Below are positions 49,846 to 64,000 of a DNA stretch of 64,000 bases, one piece after another; the stretch's first letter is position 1, and the number at the start of each line of letters is the position of its first letter. Location of the stretch: contig OY740787.1 in NCBI GenBank assembly GCA_963514005.1, forward strand, positions 65,410,001-65,474,000, in the 5' to 3' direction. Position numbers and translations under genes: made by a program. The stretch is from Raja brachyura (taxonomy: Eukaryota). The notes under the pieces were generated by a model that ran no database searches, was not told the DNA's origin, and saw only the letters and a list, made by a program, of their open reading frames with translations.

Positions 49846-50334
49846 TATTGCCATCTTGGTACAAAGGACGTAGTACAAAGTCCATAGAGTCAACAGTGAA
49901 AAAAGCTTATCATATGGCCGGACAATGGAACAATAAACTTCTTACTTACAGCATCATAATAGGCCTGTAAACACAACACTCATAGATAACATGTAATAAA
50001 CAAAAAGTTCAATAAATTAATAACCCCAGTACTGGTGCTGGGAAACACAAAGTCCTTAATGCAACCAAGACACTCCATAGTTTATTGTGTAGGGAGGAAC
50101 TGCAGATGCTGGCTTATATCAAAGAGAAGCACAAAATGCTGGAGTAAGTTAGCGGGTCAGGCAGCTGTCTGGAGAAAAGGAACCGGTGACGTTTAGGGTC
50201 AAGACCCGTCTTCAGGCTAAAGAAGGGTCTCGACCCAAAGCTTTACCTATTCCTTTTCTCCAGAGATGCTGCCTGACCCACCGAGTTACTCCAGCTTTTT
50301 GTTTCTGTCTTCCGTCCATAATATAGTTAGGTTT

Positions 50335-53300
50335 GTAGTGTTCACAAGCCTGAATATTGTTCGGAAGAAGCTATTCTTGAACCTGGATGTCCCGGTTTTC
50401 ACACTCCCAGACCTTCTTCCCGATGGTAAGAATGAAATGAGAGCACGGCCAGGGTAACATGGTCTTTGATGATACTGGCTGCCTGTTTGAGGCAACACCT
50501 CCTATGTTTCCCTTCGATGGTGGGGAGGTCAGTGCACACAATGGACTTCTAGTAATCTCCTTTGTTAGTAGTTTGGTGCTGAGGTATCATTGTGCTGTGC
50601 GGTTCAAAAGATAGTTGATGTGAAGAAGCTCTTCTTGAACCCGGAGATAATGGTTCTCAGGCTCCGGTGCCACCGATGCTGGCAGTGAGGTGAGAACGTG
50701 ACCATAGTGATGTGGTTCTTTGTTGATATTAGTGGACTCAGTAAGCTAGCACTTCTTGTAGATCCCTTCAATGGAGGGAAGGCTAAGTGATGACTGGATA
50801 ATGTCCATCACCTTATGCAGCCTCCATTGTTCTTGAGCATTTGATTTAGTTACAATGCAACCAGTCAGGATGTTCTCCGTCATACACATATAAAGGTTTG
50901 ATAAGAGTATTCTGCGACATTCCAAGTATCTTTAAAGTTTTGAGAAAGTAGAGGCGTTGGTGAACTTTCTTTGTAGTTGCATCACTGCTGGGCCCTGGAC
51001 ATGTGCATGCACAGAAACTTGAACCCTTTGAATCTCCAGAGCAGAAAGGGATGACGGTGTTGAACGTCAAGCTGAAGTCGATGAACAATTGTATGAAGTC
51101 GGTGCTCCTGTTGTTCAAGTGATCAAGCACAAAACGGAAAGAAAGCGAGTTCACATTCACTGTTGATCTACTGTAGTGGCGAAGTGAAGTCGGTCCAGAC
51201 CCTTACTAAGGCAGGAGTTAATTTCTCCCAATCTCTCAAAGCCCTTCAATGCAATGGATGAATGTGCAAGTATTCCGTAGTCATTGAACAATGGCACCTT
51301 GCTCTTCTTGGGCACCAGTAATGTGGATATTTATTTAAAGCAAATTAAGTCCTAAGTCTGTAGTAGTGAAAGGTTGAAGATATCCATGAAAATTCCAGCC
51401 AGTTGGTTCACGCAGATGTTTGACAACATGGCCACATACACCATCGGGGCCAGATCCTTCCCGAAGGTTCACCATCAAGGAATCTGCTGATTCCAGCCTC
51501 AGAGACTGAGATCAGAGTCGTCAGGGGATGTGGGGGGGCTCATGAAGCACATTATTGTTCTTTTCATAGAAAGTGTTGAGCTTGTTGGGACTGATGAATC
51601 AATGTCACTTCAGCTCCCTGGCTTCATCTTGTCAGTGGTGGAGAAGTGCAAGCCCCGTCACAGTTTACAAGTATCCAACTGAACCTCCAGTTTAAATTGA
51701 ATGCTCTTTGTGTTCTTGGTCTTCTGGAGATCATTACCTGGAGTACTTGTATGTCTGAATCGCTTGACTTGAAGGCCACAGAAATGTTCTGCAGTAGATT
51801 ACGAATCTCCAAGTTTATCCAAGGCTTCTGTTCAGAGAACATGTGGATGGCCTTTACAGGATCACATTACTCTACACATTTCCTTATGAAATCAGTAACT
51901 GTACAAATACACAAAAAAATGGAGTAACTCAGCAGGACAGGCAGCATCTCTGGAGAGAAGGAATGGGTAATGTTTCGGGCCAAGGCACTTCTTCAGACTG
52001 ACAGTCATTGGAATGGGAAAGGAGAGATATAGACGATGATGGAGAGAGATAAAGAACAATGAATGAAAGATATGCAAAAAAGTAAAGATGATAAAGGAAA
52101 CAGGCCGTTGTTAGCCGTTTGTTGGGTGAAAACGAGAAGCAGGTGCAATTTGGGTGGGGTAGGGATGGAGAGGGAATGCCGGGGTTACTTGAAAGGAGAG
52201 AAATACATATTCATATCACAGGGCTGTAAGTTGCTCAAGCAAAATATGAAATGGTGTTCTTCCAATTTGTGGTTAGCCTCACTGACAATGGAAGACCTAG
52301 GACAGAAAAGTCAGTATGCGAATGGGAAGGAGAATTGAAGTATTTAGCAACCGGGAGATCAGGTAGGTTCAGGCGGACTGAGCAAAGGTGTTCAGCGAAA
52401 TGATCGCCCAGTCTACGTTTCGTCTCGCCGATGTACAAGAGCCCACATCTTCAACAACAGATACAGTAGATAAGGTTGGAGGAGGTTCATGTGAACCTCT
52501 GTCTAACCTGAAAGGACTGTCGGGGTCCCTGGTCAGAGTCGAAGGAGGCAGTATAGGGACAGGCTTTGCATCTTCAGCGATTGCAGGGGAAGGTACCTGG
52601 GGAGGGGGTGGTTTGGGATGAGTTAACCAGGGAGTTGCGGAGGGAACAGTCTCAGCGGAAGGTGGAAAGGGGTGGAGATGGGAAGATGCGACTAGTGTTG
52701 GGATCCCGTTGGAGGTGACGAACATTTTGGAGAATTATGTATTGTGTGCAACGGCTGATGGGGTGAAAGGTAAGGACTAGGGAGACTCTGTCTCTGTTGG
52801 AACTGGAGGGAGGGGAAGCAAGGGCGGAGCTGCAGGGTACTGAGGAGACACGTGTGAGGGCCTCATCTATGATGGGAGAGGGTTACTCCCATTCCCTAAA
52901 GAATGAGAACATCTCGGATATCCTGGTATGGAACACCTCATCTGGGACACAAATTTGGTAGTTGGGTATAGAATATTTGCAGGAAGCAGGGTGGGAAGAA
53001 GTGTAGTCGAGATAGTTGTGGGAGTCAGTGGGTTTATATTGGACGTCAGTTGATAATCTATTTCCTGTGATGGAGACTGAGATCAAGAAAGGGGAAGGAG
53101 TTGTCGGAGATGGTCCAAGTAAATTTGAGTGCAGTATGGAAATTGGTGGCGATGTTGATGCACTTCCTTCATACACAACAACTGCACAATACAGCTTCTC
53201 TGCCTCCATTGACCAGCTCTGCAACACTCACAGCTGGGTATATGCACCCTTCAGTCACTGCCATTACACAGGAACACAGCCAGGTGTCCGATTTTCCAAA

Positions 53301-53900
53301 GTGTTGGCTAGGGATAAAATAATAGGCAATCCTGATGGTGGAGTTGCCATGGTCAAGATTATTTCATATTTGAGAGCTGTAGGAAATATGCCGGTGATAG
53401 TTTGAAAATGTCTTCGAACTAGCCTTGTTGAAGTCCCAGACCAAGATGGAGAAGGCATCAGGATACACTATATTATGTTTGCTGACCAGTGTGCAACGCT
53501 TCAAATGTCTGCCTGGAGCATATAGAATGCAGTCATGACGATGGATGCAAGTGAATCCCCTTGGGAATTTCTGGATGTTCCATGTGGGGGAGAACAGGAG
53601 TTGGACAAGACTTTCACATCGGAGCACAAGGCAGAGGCATGAGGCAGACATGGCCACCTCACCCTTTTCCCAATGGTGCCGATCAAACTACGTGATGGAT
53701 TGGGATGCCTCCTTGGCCAGAAGGCCAAGTTAAGAGTGCTCTAAATAGGCCGTGTGTCTGTGAAACAGAGTACACAGCAATCCCTTTGATAAAGCAGTAT
53801 TGCCATTAAGTCCTTAAATTTAATTTCTAGGAACTGTACATTGGCCAAGGGGATGCTTGGGAGAGGGGAGGGATTGTTATTGTCTCTCATACTTCATTCT
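50335..53900 (-). mobile_element. Degraded Rex1/Babar LINE(s) (APE + RT remnants) interrupted by a Penelope element
   Basis: LVWDFNKA (APE), EQKPWIN, LFIDFSLTFNTVIP, KVHQRLYFL, LPSGRR..TSRFKNSFF. Confidence 0.75.
51905..53150 (-). mobile_element. Older Neptune-type Penelope element, truncated
   Basis: YKPTDSHNYLDYTSSHPASCK, YIGETKRRLGDHFAEH, pLTR with decayed hammerhead core. Confidence 0.88.
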
Positions 53901-54770
53901 TAGTTGCATGCAGTCCCAGAGACACTTTTCTGGACACAATGGAATCTTTGGCGCTTCCAGGTACAGTACTTACTCTGCCTGAGTATCTATCAGCCGATCA
54001 TAAGATCACTAATTCCTTTAACCGTGTAGACGTCCATTAGTTACAGCAGCGATTTGTGCTGTTTTTCTTAACATAATGGTTTTATCTAATGCTATTTTGT
54101 TCAGCTACTGGCAAAATGTCACCACACTCTAGCCCCAAATTTAAATCAATACTAAGCACAAAAATGTGAGTAATAAGTAACAATGACAATTCATCAGTTT
54201 TGGGTTTACTCAAGCATGGGCTAATCCTGCACTTTAGCTACTTTCCTACCTGGACTCAAGATTCCTCAATTTCGTTCACACCCAAAAATCCATCAATCTT
54301 AACCTTAAATTAAACAACTGAGCATCCACCGTCCAGAGGCAGTGAGATATAAAAAATACAACCTTGTTTGTAGACATTTCATCTCATTAGAATCCTTTAG
54401 ATGTAGTTAGTGACCTTAAAAATCATGATTAAAGTGGCAGCACTTTCTTTTCTTTTGGAATTCCAGCATCTGAATATAACCTTTGTCTTTTGATGGATGT
54501 GGAGTGAGGGATAAATGGAGGAAAAACCTGCGCTGCACCATAAGGTTATAGACAATCCTATAATAAACTGTTACATTGCAAGAACAAACGAGGAAGCTCC
54601 TGGATCAAAAAACAAGGCAACATATTCAGCATAGAAATTGTGGGCTGAAGGGCCTGTTCCTTTTCTATGTTCCATGTTAAAATGTCAGATTTCAAAGAAA
54701 GGAAACAAACCTAGTCCAATCTGAGGAAGGGTCCTGACCCAAAATGTCACCTATCCACATTCTCCAAAGA

Positions 54771-55036
54771 TTCTCCTCCTACCATCCGGGAGGCGCTACA
54801 GGTCTCTCCGTTGCCGAACCAGCAGGTCCAGGAACAGCTTCTTTCCGGCGGCTGTCACGCTACTCAACAACATACCTCGGTGACTGCCAATCACCCCCCC
54901 CCCCCCGGACACTTATTGTTATTTATTCAAATCATTTGCTGTGTCGCTCTTCCAGGGAGATGATAAATGCTTTCGTTGTCTCTGTACTGTACACTGACAA
55001 TGACAATTAAAATTGAATCTGAATCTGAATCTGAAT
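54771..55036 (+). repeat. Rex1-type 3' end inserted in a pLTR-derived element
   Basis: LLPSGRRYRSL...RNSFFPAAVTLLN; (TGAATC)n tail; caaagat repeated on both sides. Confidence 0.75.
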
Positions 55037-56089
55037 CAAAGATGCTGCCTGATTCGCTGAGTACTTTTTTTATAAACCAGCAACTACAGTTCCTTGTTTC
55101 TAACTAAAGTCCATACATTTCTCAACAATTGGCACATTAATTATACTTCTTAAAGGAAAATAACAGTCAGCGAAGGCCAACAGGACTTTGTAGGGAAATG
55201 ATCTATGTCCAACCCTACCAATGACATTACTCAGGGAAGGTACTGAATCTCACAAATATTTTATAAAAGGAGACTGATCAATAATTTTTATGTCAGCCAA
55301 AAAGAGATTTCATATGCTCCTAATTCCCAGATCTCTGACAAAGCCCTGTGAATATTGCCATTGCGAGTTGCTTAACCCATGATTTCCTAAAGGATGTGAT
55401 TTACTCTCCAGCAGTCATTTCATTCAGAAAATATGGACTATGTAAAGAGAAAACAGAAACGGGCACCCTCTGCCACTAAAATCGGAAGTTTCCTGGGAAA
55501 AATTCAGATGGGCAGAAGTAGTTACATCTTAATTATGTATTTAACATCAAACTAACTCCCTAACACCAGAGTGACCTTTAAACATGATGATTGACGAGCT
55601 TGACCAATTATCTCCACTCAGCCAATATTATTTTCATGATATACAATCTTAAAACCTGTCCCTTATTCATCTGTTCTCCCCAAACACAAGAATAAACTTA
55701 ATCCATATAAAATCCTAATCAAAATCACTCATGACATTAAAGTGAGTGCAGGTGGGGAGGTGCCAGGTCTGAAGCAGAAAGAGACTACTTCTAACAGGAG
55801 ATGAATCTCAATACAAATAATTTTAAAATACCGCACACCAAATGAAGCAAAATGCGAGAGAAGCAGAAGTAAATGGTGTTAACCAGTTAGGGGAGAGGCT
55901 AAAACAAACCTTGGGGTGCCAGCAGACGTAGATCTCATGCTAAGATTCATCTTTGAGCGCAGCAGAATAGCACAAAATTGTTGCAATTCTCGTATACTAG
56001 TTCTGGAGAATTTACTTGAAAAACCTGCACAGATTTGGCCCAGTGGAGGTACTGTCTTGATCAGTTTCTGAAAAGCTCACTTTAAAAAA

Positions 56090-58360
56090 GACAAGCTTAA
56101 ATTACATATTTTTATTAACATATTTTACAGTCACTTTAATTAAGCCTAAGAATTACTTTTCAATGTGCCAAAAAATGTTCAGCTTTTACAGTAATGTACT
56201 GTATTTAACATTCATCCATACAGGCAACACTCTAGTGAATACTCAACTTCTATTGTCAAATTACACACCACTCTTTTGCATTAAAATTTCAAGTTGTTTA
56301 GTGGGTTTTACAAAACCAGAAAAGTAAAAAAAGCCTAATTCAGCAGCATGCATGAATTCAAGTACAATTTTAAATCAACTGCATATCCAGCATTCAAATT
56401 TCACTAGCACAGGAATAAAAAATAAAGGGAATCCTATTACTAACTTCAGGAGTTAGAATATTCCATGTAAAATTAGCTTTGGAGATTCATACCCATAGCC
56501 TGAGCAGATGCGTCATTATACACCTGCGTTTGCAACCGTCTGATTTTTAATCACATGCTGAAACTACACTGCTTTATCCTCTGATCTGTTTATTAAAGTT
56601 TAACTTTCCTTGTGCACTGCACTCTCAATAAAAGAAGGAATTGATATATTTGACGAGACATTAGGTCTGTCAATCATTTTGTATAATATCATAAGTTAGC
56701 ATACATCATTAAATAATGCCTTTTAATAGGTTCAGAACACACCAGATGTGAATAATTTTGTGATTGAGACAAATAACAAATTAGCTGTTATACATCAATG
56801 TTCAGTAGTTCCAAGTGTTTTACAAAATGAATCCTTGTAAACAAGTTCATAAGACAATCCATAATGGTATGAGGGGTCAATTTTATAACAATTCTGCTGA
56901 TTCATGTTTATGAATTGCAACATTTAATGAACTATTTCTGTAAATATGTAATTTTAATATACTCCTCGTGGATTTTTCCATTATAACACTTTTGTTATCA
57001 TTTCTATGTACCACTTTATTAGATCTAAAATGTGAAATACATTTTCTTAAATGAAAATAACAAAATTACAAATTTTATGGGGTTCTATACTCGACATTTA
57101 GAATTGTCTAGATTAAGTTTATCTTAGAAAACCATGGAAGAATTGTTCAGCTTTTGAATGATTTTTAAAAAATTATAAGAAAAAGGGCACATAATAAAGT
57201 ATGTTAATTATTCTTAGATTTTGAATTTTTTTATATTCCTGGTATCTTATAACGAAAATAAATTTCAGCATTGTCTACACAATATGGTCATTAAATATTG
57301 AATTTAGGTGTACTTTCCAATTACAATACATTTCCTACAATCATTGAATTATTTTTGTTCAGTAAATACCTGCGATTATACTTCACAATTGCAACATAGT
57401 TAAGCCTGGCGCAGACAGTGTATGTCTGAAATAGTCATTTGGAGCAGGGATAGCGGCTGTACTTCAGATCTAATCATGCTGTGATATTGCCTGTTGCACA
57501 ATTTTTGACAGCTCGGGTTCTATGTCTGTGAAGAGAATACTGGTAACCAAATTTAACAAACACACCATCCAGTAACATGAGTACAATTATGAAGCTAATA
57601 AACACAACTGGGGCAAAAATGTATTTCTTCTATTATTATCATTCAGCTCCATAAAATTGTTTTGGACAGTTATTGTTAACAAAATACGGAACAAAATTCC
57701 CCGAGACTGAAGAGTTTACAGCCTAGTTTGCTTTTAATTCAAAGATTCTGTACATTGAAGCATTATCGATTTTTTTAATAAACTGGGTAAGTTACAGTGA
57801 ACTCAATGAATATTATGTTGAGAATTACAAATCAAAATCTCCCAAAGATGTAGAAAAACTCAGCAGAGACTTATCAGGAAAATGCCACAACAAATGCAGC
57901 AAATCTCTTCTGCAATCATGTTTGAGACCAGTTTAACACTCATCGGGTGCATCTTCTGATGTAATGCGAATCAACTAACCACATTTCAAACATGCTGTAT
58001 TGGTCTTGGCCTTATAGATAAGCATTACGTTCATTTTAGTCAGGGGCATATCTGAATTAAAACTGTGCTTCTTCATACATTCACAAATTGCTACAATGGC
58101 TTCAATATGACAAATAAATAATAAGCTCTTTACCGTATAGAAGATTTTAGCCCATTTCTAGAGTAAATCTCAGAGGGTTGCTGGGATTTTGTTTCACACA
58201 ATGCCATTGATGTGATATTAATAGCCCCTTTGTATATGCAGAATAATGTTTTTTTAATGGATTGCTTTTAACAATATGGCTACTTTTAAAAATAAACTCC
58301 ATAACATTCAGATGCAGCAAAGCTGCTCGATGACTTTGTTTGAGGAAGGATTCACGTCAG
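56090..58360 (-). other. UBR3: Probable UBR3 3' UTR
   Basis: AT-rich, no recognisable TE, immediately after the stop codon; AATAAA (-) at 56116-56111 with a U-rich downstream tract; 3' end inferred. Confidence 0.6.
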
Positions 58361-58478
58361 CTATAATCCATTATAATGTGGACCCCATCTTTTGTTGATG
58401 TGATCAAAGGTGTGAGTCACCCACTGTTGTTCCAAGACTTTATACCGTTCACTGCAAAGGTACAGTGGCTTGCCACGC
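58361..58478 (-). CDS. UBR3: UBR3 E3 ubiquitin ligase, last coding exon
   Basis: AG acceptor 58480-58479; (R)RGKPLYLCSERYKVLEQQWVTHTFDHINKRWGPHYNGL*, matching the UBR3 C-terminus; phase fits the previous exon. Confidence 0.97.
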
Positions 58479-59479
58479 CTATAAACAAAAGAAAAAAGTA
58501 TATATAACAGCATAACTGCATACATATTTTAATTAAACCCGACATCAATGTTAATTATCAGTAGTCCTGCAGTGCATCCAGAATTCTGGCTTGTAGCAAG
58601 CTGCATGTGCTTGTTCTCAACCAATGCGAAAAGCAGTAAAGTTTGTGAATAATTAACCTGTACCATTCAAAATCAAAACAAATAAAAATAAGATAAGAAC
58701 ACTTAAAAAATGAAAAGTAAACTCAATTAATTAAAAAATGTAAATTAGTTACCTTGCCCTCTTTCCCATTCAAATGTCCAGCAAATGTCCCTATGCTGGA
58801 TCTAATCTGATGCAGTCATTTCCAGAGGACTCCCCAGTTTAACTGGAGTGTAATCAGACAGTGGTCCCCAAATTCACGACTTCTACATTTGTGCTACACA
58901 ATTCCCAAGCTTGATGATTCACCACAAAGGCCACTCTTAACAATACGTAAAGCAAATGTGTTTTCTCCAATTTGTTAGTAAAAGCACACCAATCACAGGG
59001 GGACTAAAATGAATGAATGAATAGCCTTTATTGTCATTCAGACCTTTCGGTCTGAACAAAATGTTCCAACTATATTTGGGAAGGATAACAATTCCTCTAT
59101 TATTTTGCCATATCTGAGTAAGGTCTCCACTCTATTTCCACTCTATTTCTGATCCAACTGCCAAAAGAAGAACTTGAATTCATCCAGGAGATTGCAAAGC
59201 ATCCAAGTCCCAATGAGAGGTAAAAGTCACTATCTTGGATCATTTTCTTTCTCTTTTGCTTTCCCACACCAGTCTTTCTTCTATTAACTTGGTACATAAA
59301 AAGGCAAACCTTTCATACTATGCATTGAAATTGTACTTAAAAAAAAAATATATATTTCATTTATTAGAGGTAAATACATCAATGTACACATATATACTGT
59401 TACAATCATTGTACCCCATAACTTTATGGCTTTTAAAGAAAAAGAATAGAAAGAAAGAGGGTGAAATGTGAAAAGAGTT

Positions 59480-59790
59480 ATGATAGTGAAAGAGCGTGCC
59501 AAAGGGGAGAAGAAACCCTTGGACAAAGAACTAGAAAAAGGGGTTAAAAGATAGAAAGGAAAAAAGGAAAGGAAAAAGAAAAAAAAAAGAAAAAAAGCCA
59601 GTTATTATGTTATATATATCACGCAAAAGGAATCCACCAACTCGATAGCTTTTCATCCCCCCCTACCAAGGCCCGAGGTACTCCTGCACCCTATCTTTGT
59701 AGTAATTCTATAAATGCAGACCACGTCTGATAGAAGCGTTCTGATTTTCCTTCCAGGCGGAGTTTCATATCTTCCAGATGTAGTGTTTCA
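59480..59790 (-). repeat. L1-clade LINE 3' end in UBR3 intron
   Basis: LHLEDMKLRLEGKSERFYQTWSAFIELLQR* resembles the fish L1 ORF2 C-terminus; followed by a T-rich tract. Confidence 0.6.
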
Positions 59791-60038
59791 AACATAGTTG
59801 AAATTTGAAACTGTACTTAAAAGTTAAAGGTCCAACCTGGCAAAATGTTGAGCTGGACACCAAAAATAGAATGTAATAGACAGAACTGAACAATCTCACA
59901 AGCAAGAGAACATATGAAAGCTTTGCGCTCCTGCCAGATTCAATGATGAATGCTGATGGACAATCAGTTATTTCTATAACCTGCATTTAGTATAGAAATA
60001 CCACTCTTAAATCAAGAAAAACTGCTGAAATGTTTTAC

Positions 60039-60178
60039 CTCAGGTCTCTGTCCTCTTCACCATGTGTATCAAGGTAGGCCGATCCCCATACACAAAACCG
60101 GTGTCCACGAATGACAATAATTACAGAGGCATTAATCAGAAGGAATATTCCTGTTCCTGCTCCACAGTTCTGGGAGTG
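60039..60178 (-). CDS. UBR3: UBR3 penultimate coding exon
   Basis: AG...GT bounded, 140 nt: [46 protein letters not shown](R). Confidence 0.97.
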
Positions 60179-61349
60179 CTGTTAAACAATTACAAAAGCA
60201 TTAGAATCATAAATTACATGCAAAAAATAAATACAAATTGTATCCATATTTATCAATAAGGGATTAAATAGAATTCATGATCACTGGATATCTGGATATA
60301 GGTAGGAAACAGATAATTTCTGGTCAACCTCTAATTTTTCCTTTCAATCTGATTTGTACCAGTTAATTTTCAAACTATAAAATGATAATTAGACCAAACA
60401 TATATAAAAGCATCAAACCATATGGAAGAAAGTCATTTGATCAAATGCTACTGACATTATTACAATTTGGTAGATCATCATCTGAATCTGTTCTTTTCCT
60501 AGTTCTTTGCAGGGGTACCTTCAATTGAAGGACTTGAGAATGCTTAACAAGTGTCAACAGCACAATAATTATAATTATGTCCAAGGGAGAATGGGTAATT
60601 GAACCATTGATTAAAGAACAAATGTTTCAATGAGCTAATGGTAAATACAAGAATTTGGCCAAGTACAATATTGCATTAAGAAAAGAACTGTTAAATGCTG
60701 AGAAATATAATATTCTATGGCCAGGGAACTATCTTGTATTATAGGATGGATCTTCAAGTGTGCAAAGTGTGAAGGCCCATAATTTCAAGTAATAGTTTGC
60801 ATCCCAAATCACTGTATTCCTAGACAAGATATGTAACTTGCATTTCTTTATCATACAAAAAGGTCACAATGGAATGAGTGAGAACAGAACAAATCAAAAG
60901 AATCAGGGGGTAATTCATTGAGGGTCATTTTGGTTATCTCTCAGAACTACCACAATGGAATTTTCTTTGCTGCAATGACATGCTCCAAAGAGTGGAGATG
61001 CCAATATACCATAGTTGACTGGAAGATGCAATTGCAGTGCGATTGTTTCCATGATAAAGATGCACTTGACAATTTCAATGAAAAACTAAAACAATTACCA
61101 TTTGTATCATCGCTTTAACACAGGAAAATAAATCCAAAGTTATTTATCAGATGTACAATTACATTAAAAAATGACAAGCCAAACAAAATAAGGAGGTGCT
61201 TACAAGTGTAATCAAGAATTAGTTTATATCGATGAAGGCCAAGGAGTATTAAAATAACTAATTATTATTATTATTATGTACCTAAAAATGTTGTGTACCT
61301 ATGCTCTATTGTCTCCCACCTTCTAATTGTTTCATGCAAAACTAAGCTC

Positions 61350-61610
61350 ATGTCATAGGAGCAGAATTAGGCCATTTGGCCCATCAAGTCTAACCCACCA
61401 TTTAATCGTGGCTGATCTATCTTTCCCTCCCAACCCCTTTCTCCTGCCTTCTTCCCATAATCTTGAACACCCTTACTAATCAAGAATCTGCCAATCTCCG
61501 CTTTAAAAATACCCAATGACTTGGCCTCAACAGCCATCTGTGGCAATGTATTCCACAGATTCTGACGAAATAAATTCCTCCTCATCTCTTTTCTAAAGGT
61601 ACATCCCACA
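61350..61610 (-). repeat. CR1 LINE 3' end in UBR3 intron
   Basis: EMRRNLF..NLWNTLPQMAVEAKSLGIFK and CR1 tail. Confidence 0.8.
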
Positions 61611-61713
61611 CCGGGTTTAAAGACTACACTTGCACTTAATTCTCTGTGTGCTAAGCCATAAAATATAGATGAGGTAAATCAAAAACTGAGTTTTGTCGTA
61701 TATATTTGCTCAC

Positions 61714-61923
61714 CAGTACACATTCACAGTAGCTTTGCTGTTTACAGCATTGACCTTTGAGGCATACAAAGGTACCACACACTAAACAAAGTGCTGGATC
61801 CTTTGGCACTTTAGAACAGTGAATGCAAGCTTTACGATGATAGTACTGAAAAATTGTATTATAATTCTCCGGTAGCTGAAGAAGACATGGTAATGACCAT
61901 TGTGGATCCTGAACGAGTAGATT
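61714..61923 (-). CDS. UBR3: UBR3 antepenultimate coding exon
   Basis: AG...GTGAG bounded, 210 nt: NLLVQDPQWSLPCLLQLPENYNTIFQYYHRKACIHCSKVPKDPALCLVCGTFVCLKGQCCKQQSYCECVL. Confidence 0.97.
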
Positions 61924-62599
61924 CTGAAAATAAAATGGATAAATAATTTTAGTTTCAATTCAGCCTTCTCACATTTTCAGTAATATATCACGATGAAGAA
62001 TCTTTTACTGCCATACTTGCTGGAGGAAATGTTTCCAAAGTATTACATAGGGTATATAACACAAAAATAGGTCATTCAGTCCAAGCCCAATCCAGCATTT
62101 CTATTACACTTTGTCCTCATTCTGCCTTTATGCATGTAAATCCATTAGCTTAGTACTCAGCTCTCTTCAGTATAATCTTCGATCCCCATCTCCATGGGCT
62201 TGTCCATTCCCTTAACTTGAACCTGAAGTAGTGAGCTCCACATTCCCGCAGATCTTTCCGTCCATACATTTATTCTGAATTCCCCATTGGATTTCTTGGT
62301 GATTATTCTACAATGATGTCCTCCATTTATTCTCTTCTGCAACCATTCTATCAGATTTTTCATACTTTTAAAGACCTTATCTTGTCCCCCTCAACCTTTT
62401 CTCAAGAGAGAAGTGACCTGGCCTGCAAATCCTTTGTTGATACACATGCCCCTGCAATTCTCATATCATTCTTGGAAACATTTCCTGCACTCGGTCCAGT
62501 TCCTCCATATCTCTTCTATTAAATGGCTACCAAATCTGTTGCCAATACTTTCTCAATCTAATAATTTGTTCTGTGTTCTATGTTAAAGTGTTAAAGTTC

Positions 62600-62945
62600 A
62601 ATATGCAATGGTCACTACGTGTACATGTTTCTGAAATTTCCACGATTAACACTGCCTGGCACGATCATCACCACAGGATCTAACAATGGGCTTTTTCAAA
62701 ATTAGTTTTAGGTGCTGCACGTGTCGACGGAACTCTATTTGTTTATCTCCTTTATCAACCTCTTCTATCCAATTCATATCTTTAGTTAAAATATCTCAAT
62801 TATTATTTTATATCTTTTCATTCCCTAATTGGTCTGTGTTTTTCTTTCTCCATTCTTCCAGTAATATGTGGTCTAAAGACTATTTCCCTTTTTATATTTT
62901 ACCTTAATCCAGACTGATTTTATTTTATCTTCATTGTAGATCTTC
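62600..62945 (-). repeat. Highly degraded CR1 endonuclease fragment
   Basis: KSVWIKVKYKKG...DMNW...KG..IEF...SDH remnants. Confidence 0.45.
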
Positions 62946-64000
62946 GGGTCACCACCCCTCCTCTTCCCGCCCCCCCCCCCCCCCCCTCCTCTCCCCCAAT
63001 GCTGCTGCCTCTGGAGTCTCCGACATACTCCACCTTGGAAGCAACAACAATTGAAGGGGGAGGGAACCCCATGGTGACCAGCAGATTCTGTCAGTGGGGC
63101 CATACTGAAGAGCTACAACGTGAGCCGCAACAACAACCACGTGAACCAGTGAAGAAAGGCTCATTAATGCACGCCAAGGCATTGCTATCCAGTTTTAGAG
63201 CGAAAGGACACAAAGTACCGGAGTCACGCAGCCAACTGAATCAGTCTGAGTAAGGATCCCAATGTCACCTATTCATGTTCTCCAGAGTTCCTGACCAGCT
63301 GAATTACTACAGCACTTTGTGTCCTTTCAGTGGGTGAAGAAGGGCACGCTGGTGCACCTTGTGAGTCAGGGGTGGCATCGGAAACCGGGGCTCTAAACAG
63401 ATGTGGAGAGCCTGGGATGGGTCGGCAGGTCCATCCGCTTTATCTGACATCTGCTATAAGAGGGTAGTTAAAGTGCGGGTTTACTGTATTGTCTTCGCGA
63501 AACAGCTGGGAGAGAAGGTTGAGAGCATCATTGATTCTTTCACGATGGAGCGACACGGCTGGAAAGAGCACTAGCTACTTGCAATGCCATCTGTGCCAAA
63601 CAGGGAATTTCAACTGAGCTCGTAATTTTGTCTGGATTATTGGGGTGGGCGGACTATCAGTTGCTGGAAAATCGGTGTTCAACCTGTATCAGAACTCAAA
63701 CCTGAAAACGACAAAGCTATGTACCTACATTTATTCATTTGCTACCATAGATGCACCGGCAAGTCATTTAAAACTGGCCTGATAAGTTAACAATTATCTA
63801 AATATTTTACATGAACATGGGTTGACAGTGGGTGGTGGTGGTATTTAAATACCTGTACTTGATTTAAACAGATAGAGAAAATATAATATATTGTTTCTGA
63901 TCGCTCTAGTTGTCAGAAGGATGAACCAAGTTATTATATGTATCAGCAAATAAATACATGAAATAACCAGTTTTCAATTTCCTTTCTAATGTTAGGCTGC

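Overview
Eukaryotic, repeat-dense vertebrate DNA. The repeat repertoire (HE1-like tRNA/V-SINEs, CR1/HER1-like LINEs, Neptune-type Penelope elements) points to a cartilaginous fish, probably a skate or ray; this is inferred. The only host coding sequence I can support is the last three coding exons of UBR3 on the minus strand (61923-58361), followed by a ~2.2 kb 3' UTR. The rest is intergenic, with a CpG-rich candidate promoter/first exon near 10.1-10.4 kb (possibly MYO3B by synteny). The main structures are three DIRS1-type tyrosine-recombinase retrotransposons: a 5'-clipped copy (1-3578), a decayed copy (31794-41147), and a nearly intact 4.88 kb copy nested in it (34122-39001) through a 5-bp CTATT core. 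All three share positionally conserved splice-like signals, suggesting the recombinase is made from a spliced mRNA; this is my best candidate for something undescribed. Also present: Penelope elements with minimal hammerhead ribozyme cores, CR1, Rex1 and L1 fragments, a Tc1 remnant, several MITEs and a Helitron-like end. Most short ORFs in the supplied track are spurious or TE debris. Family assignments are by motif recognition, not database search.
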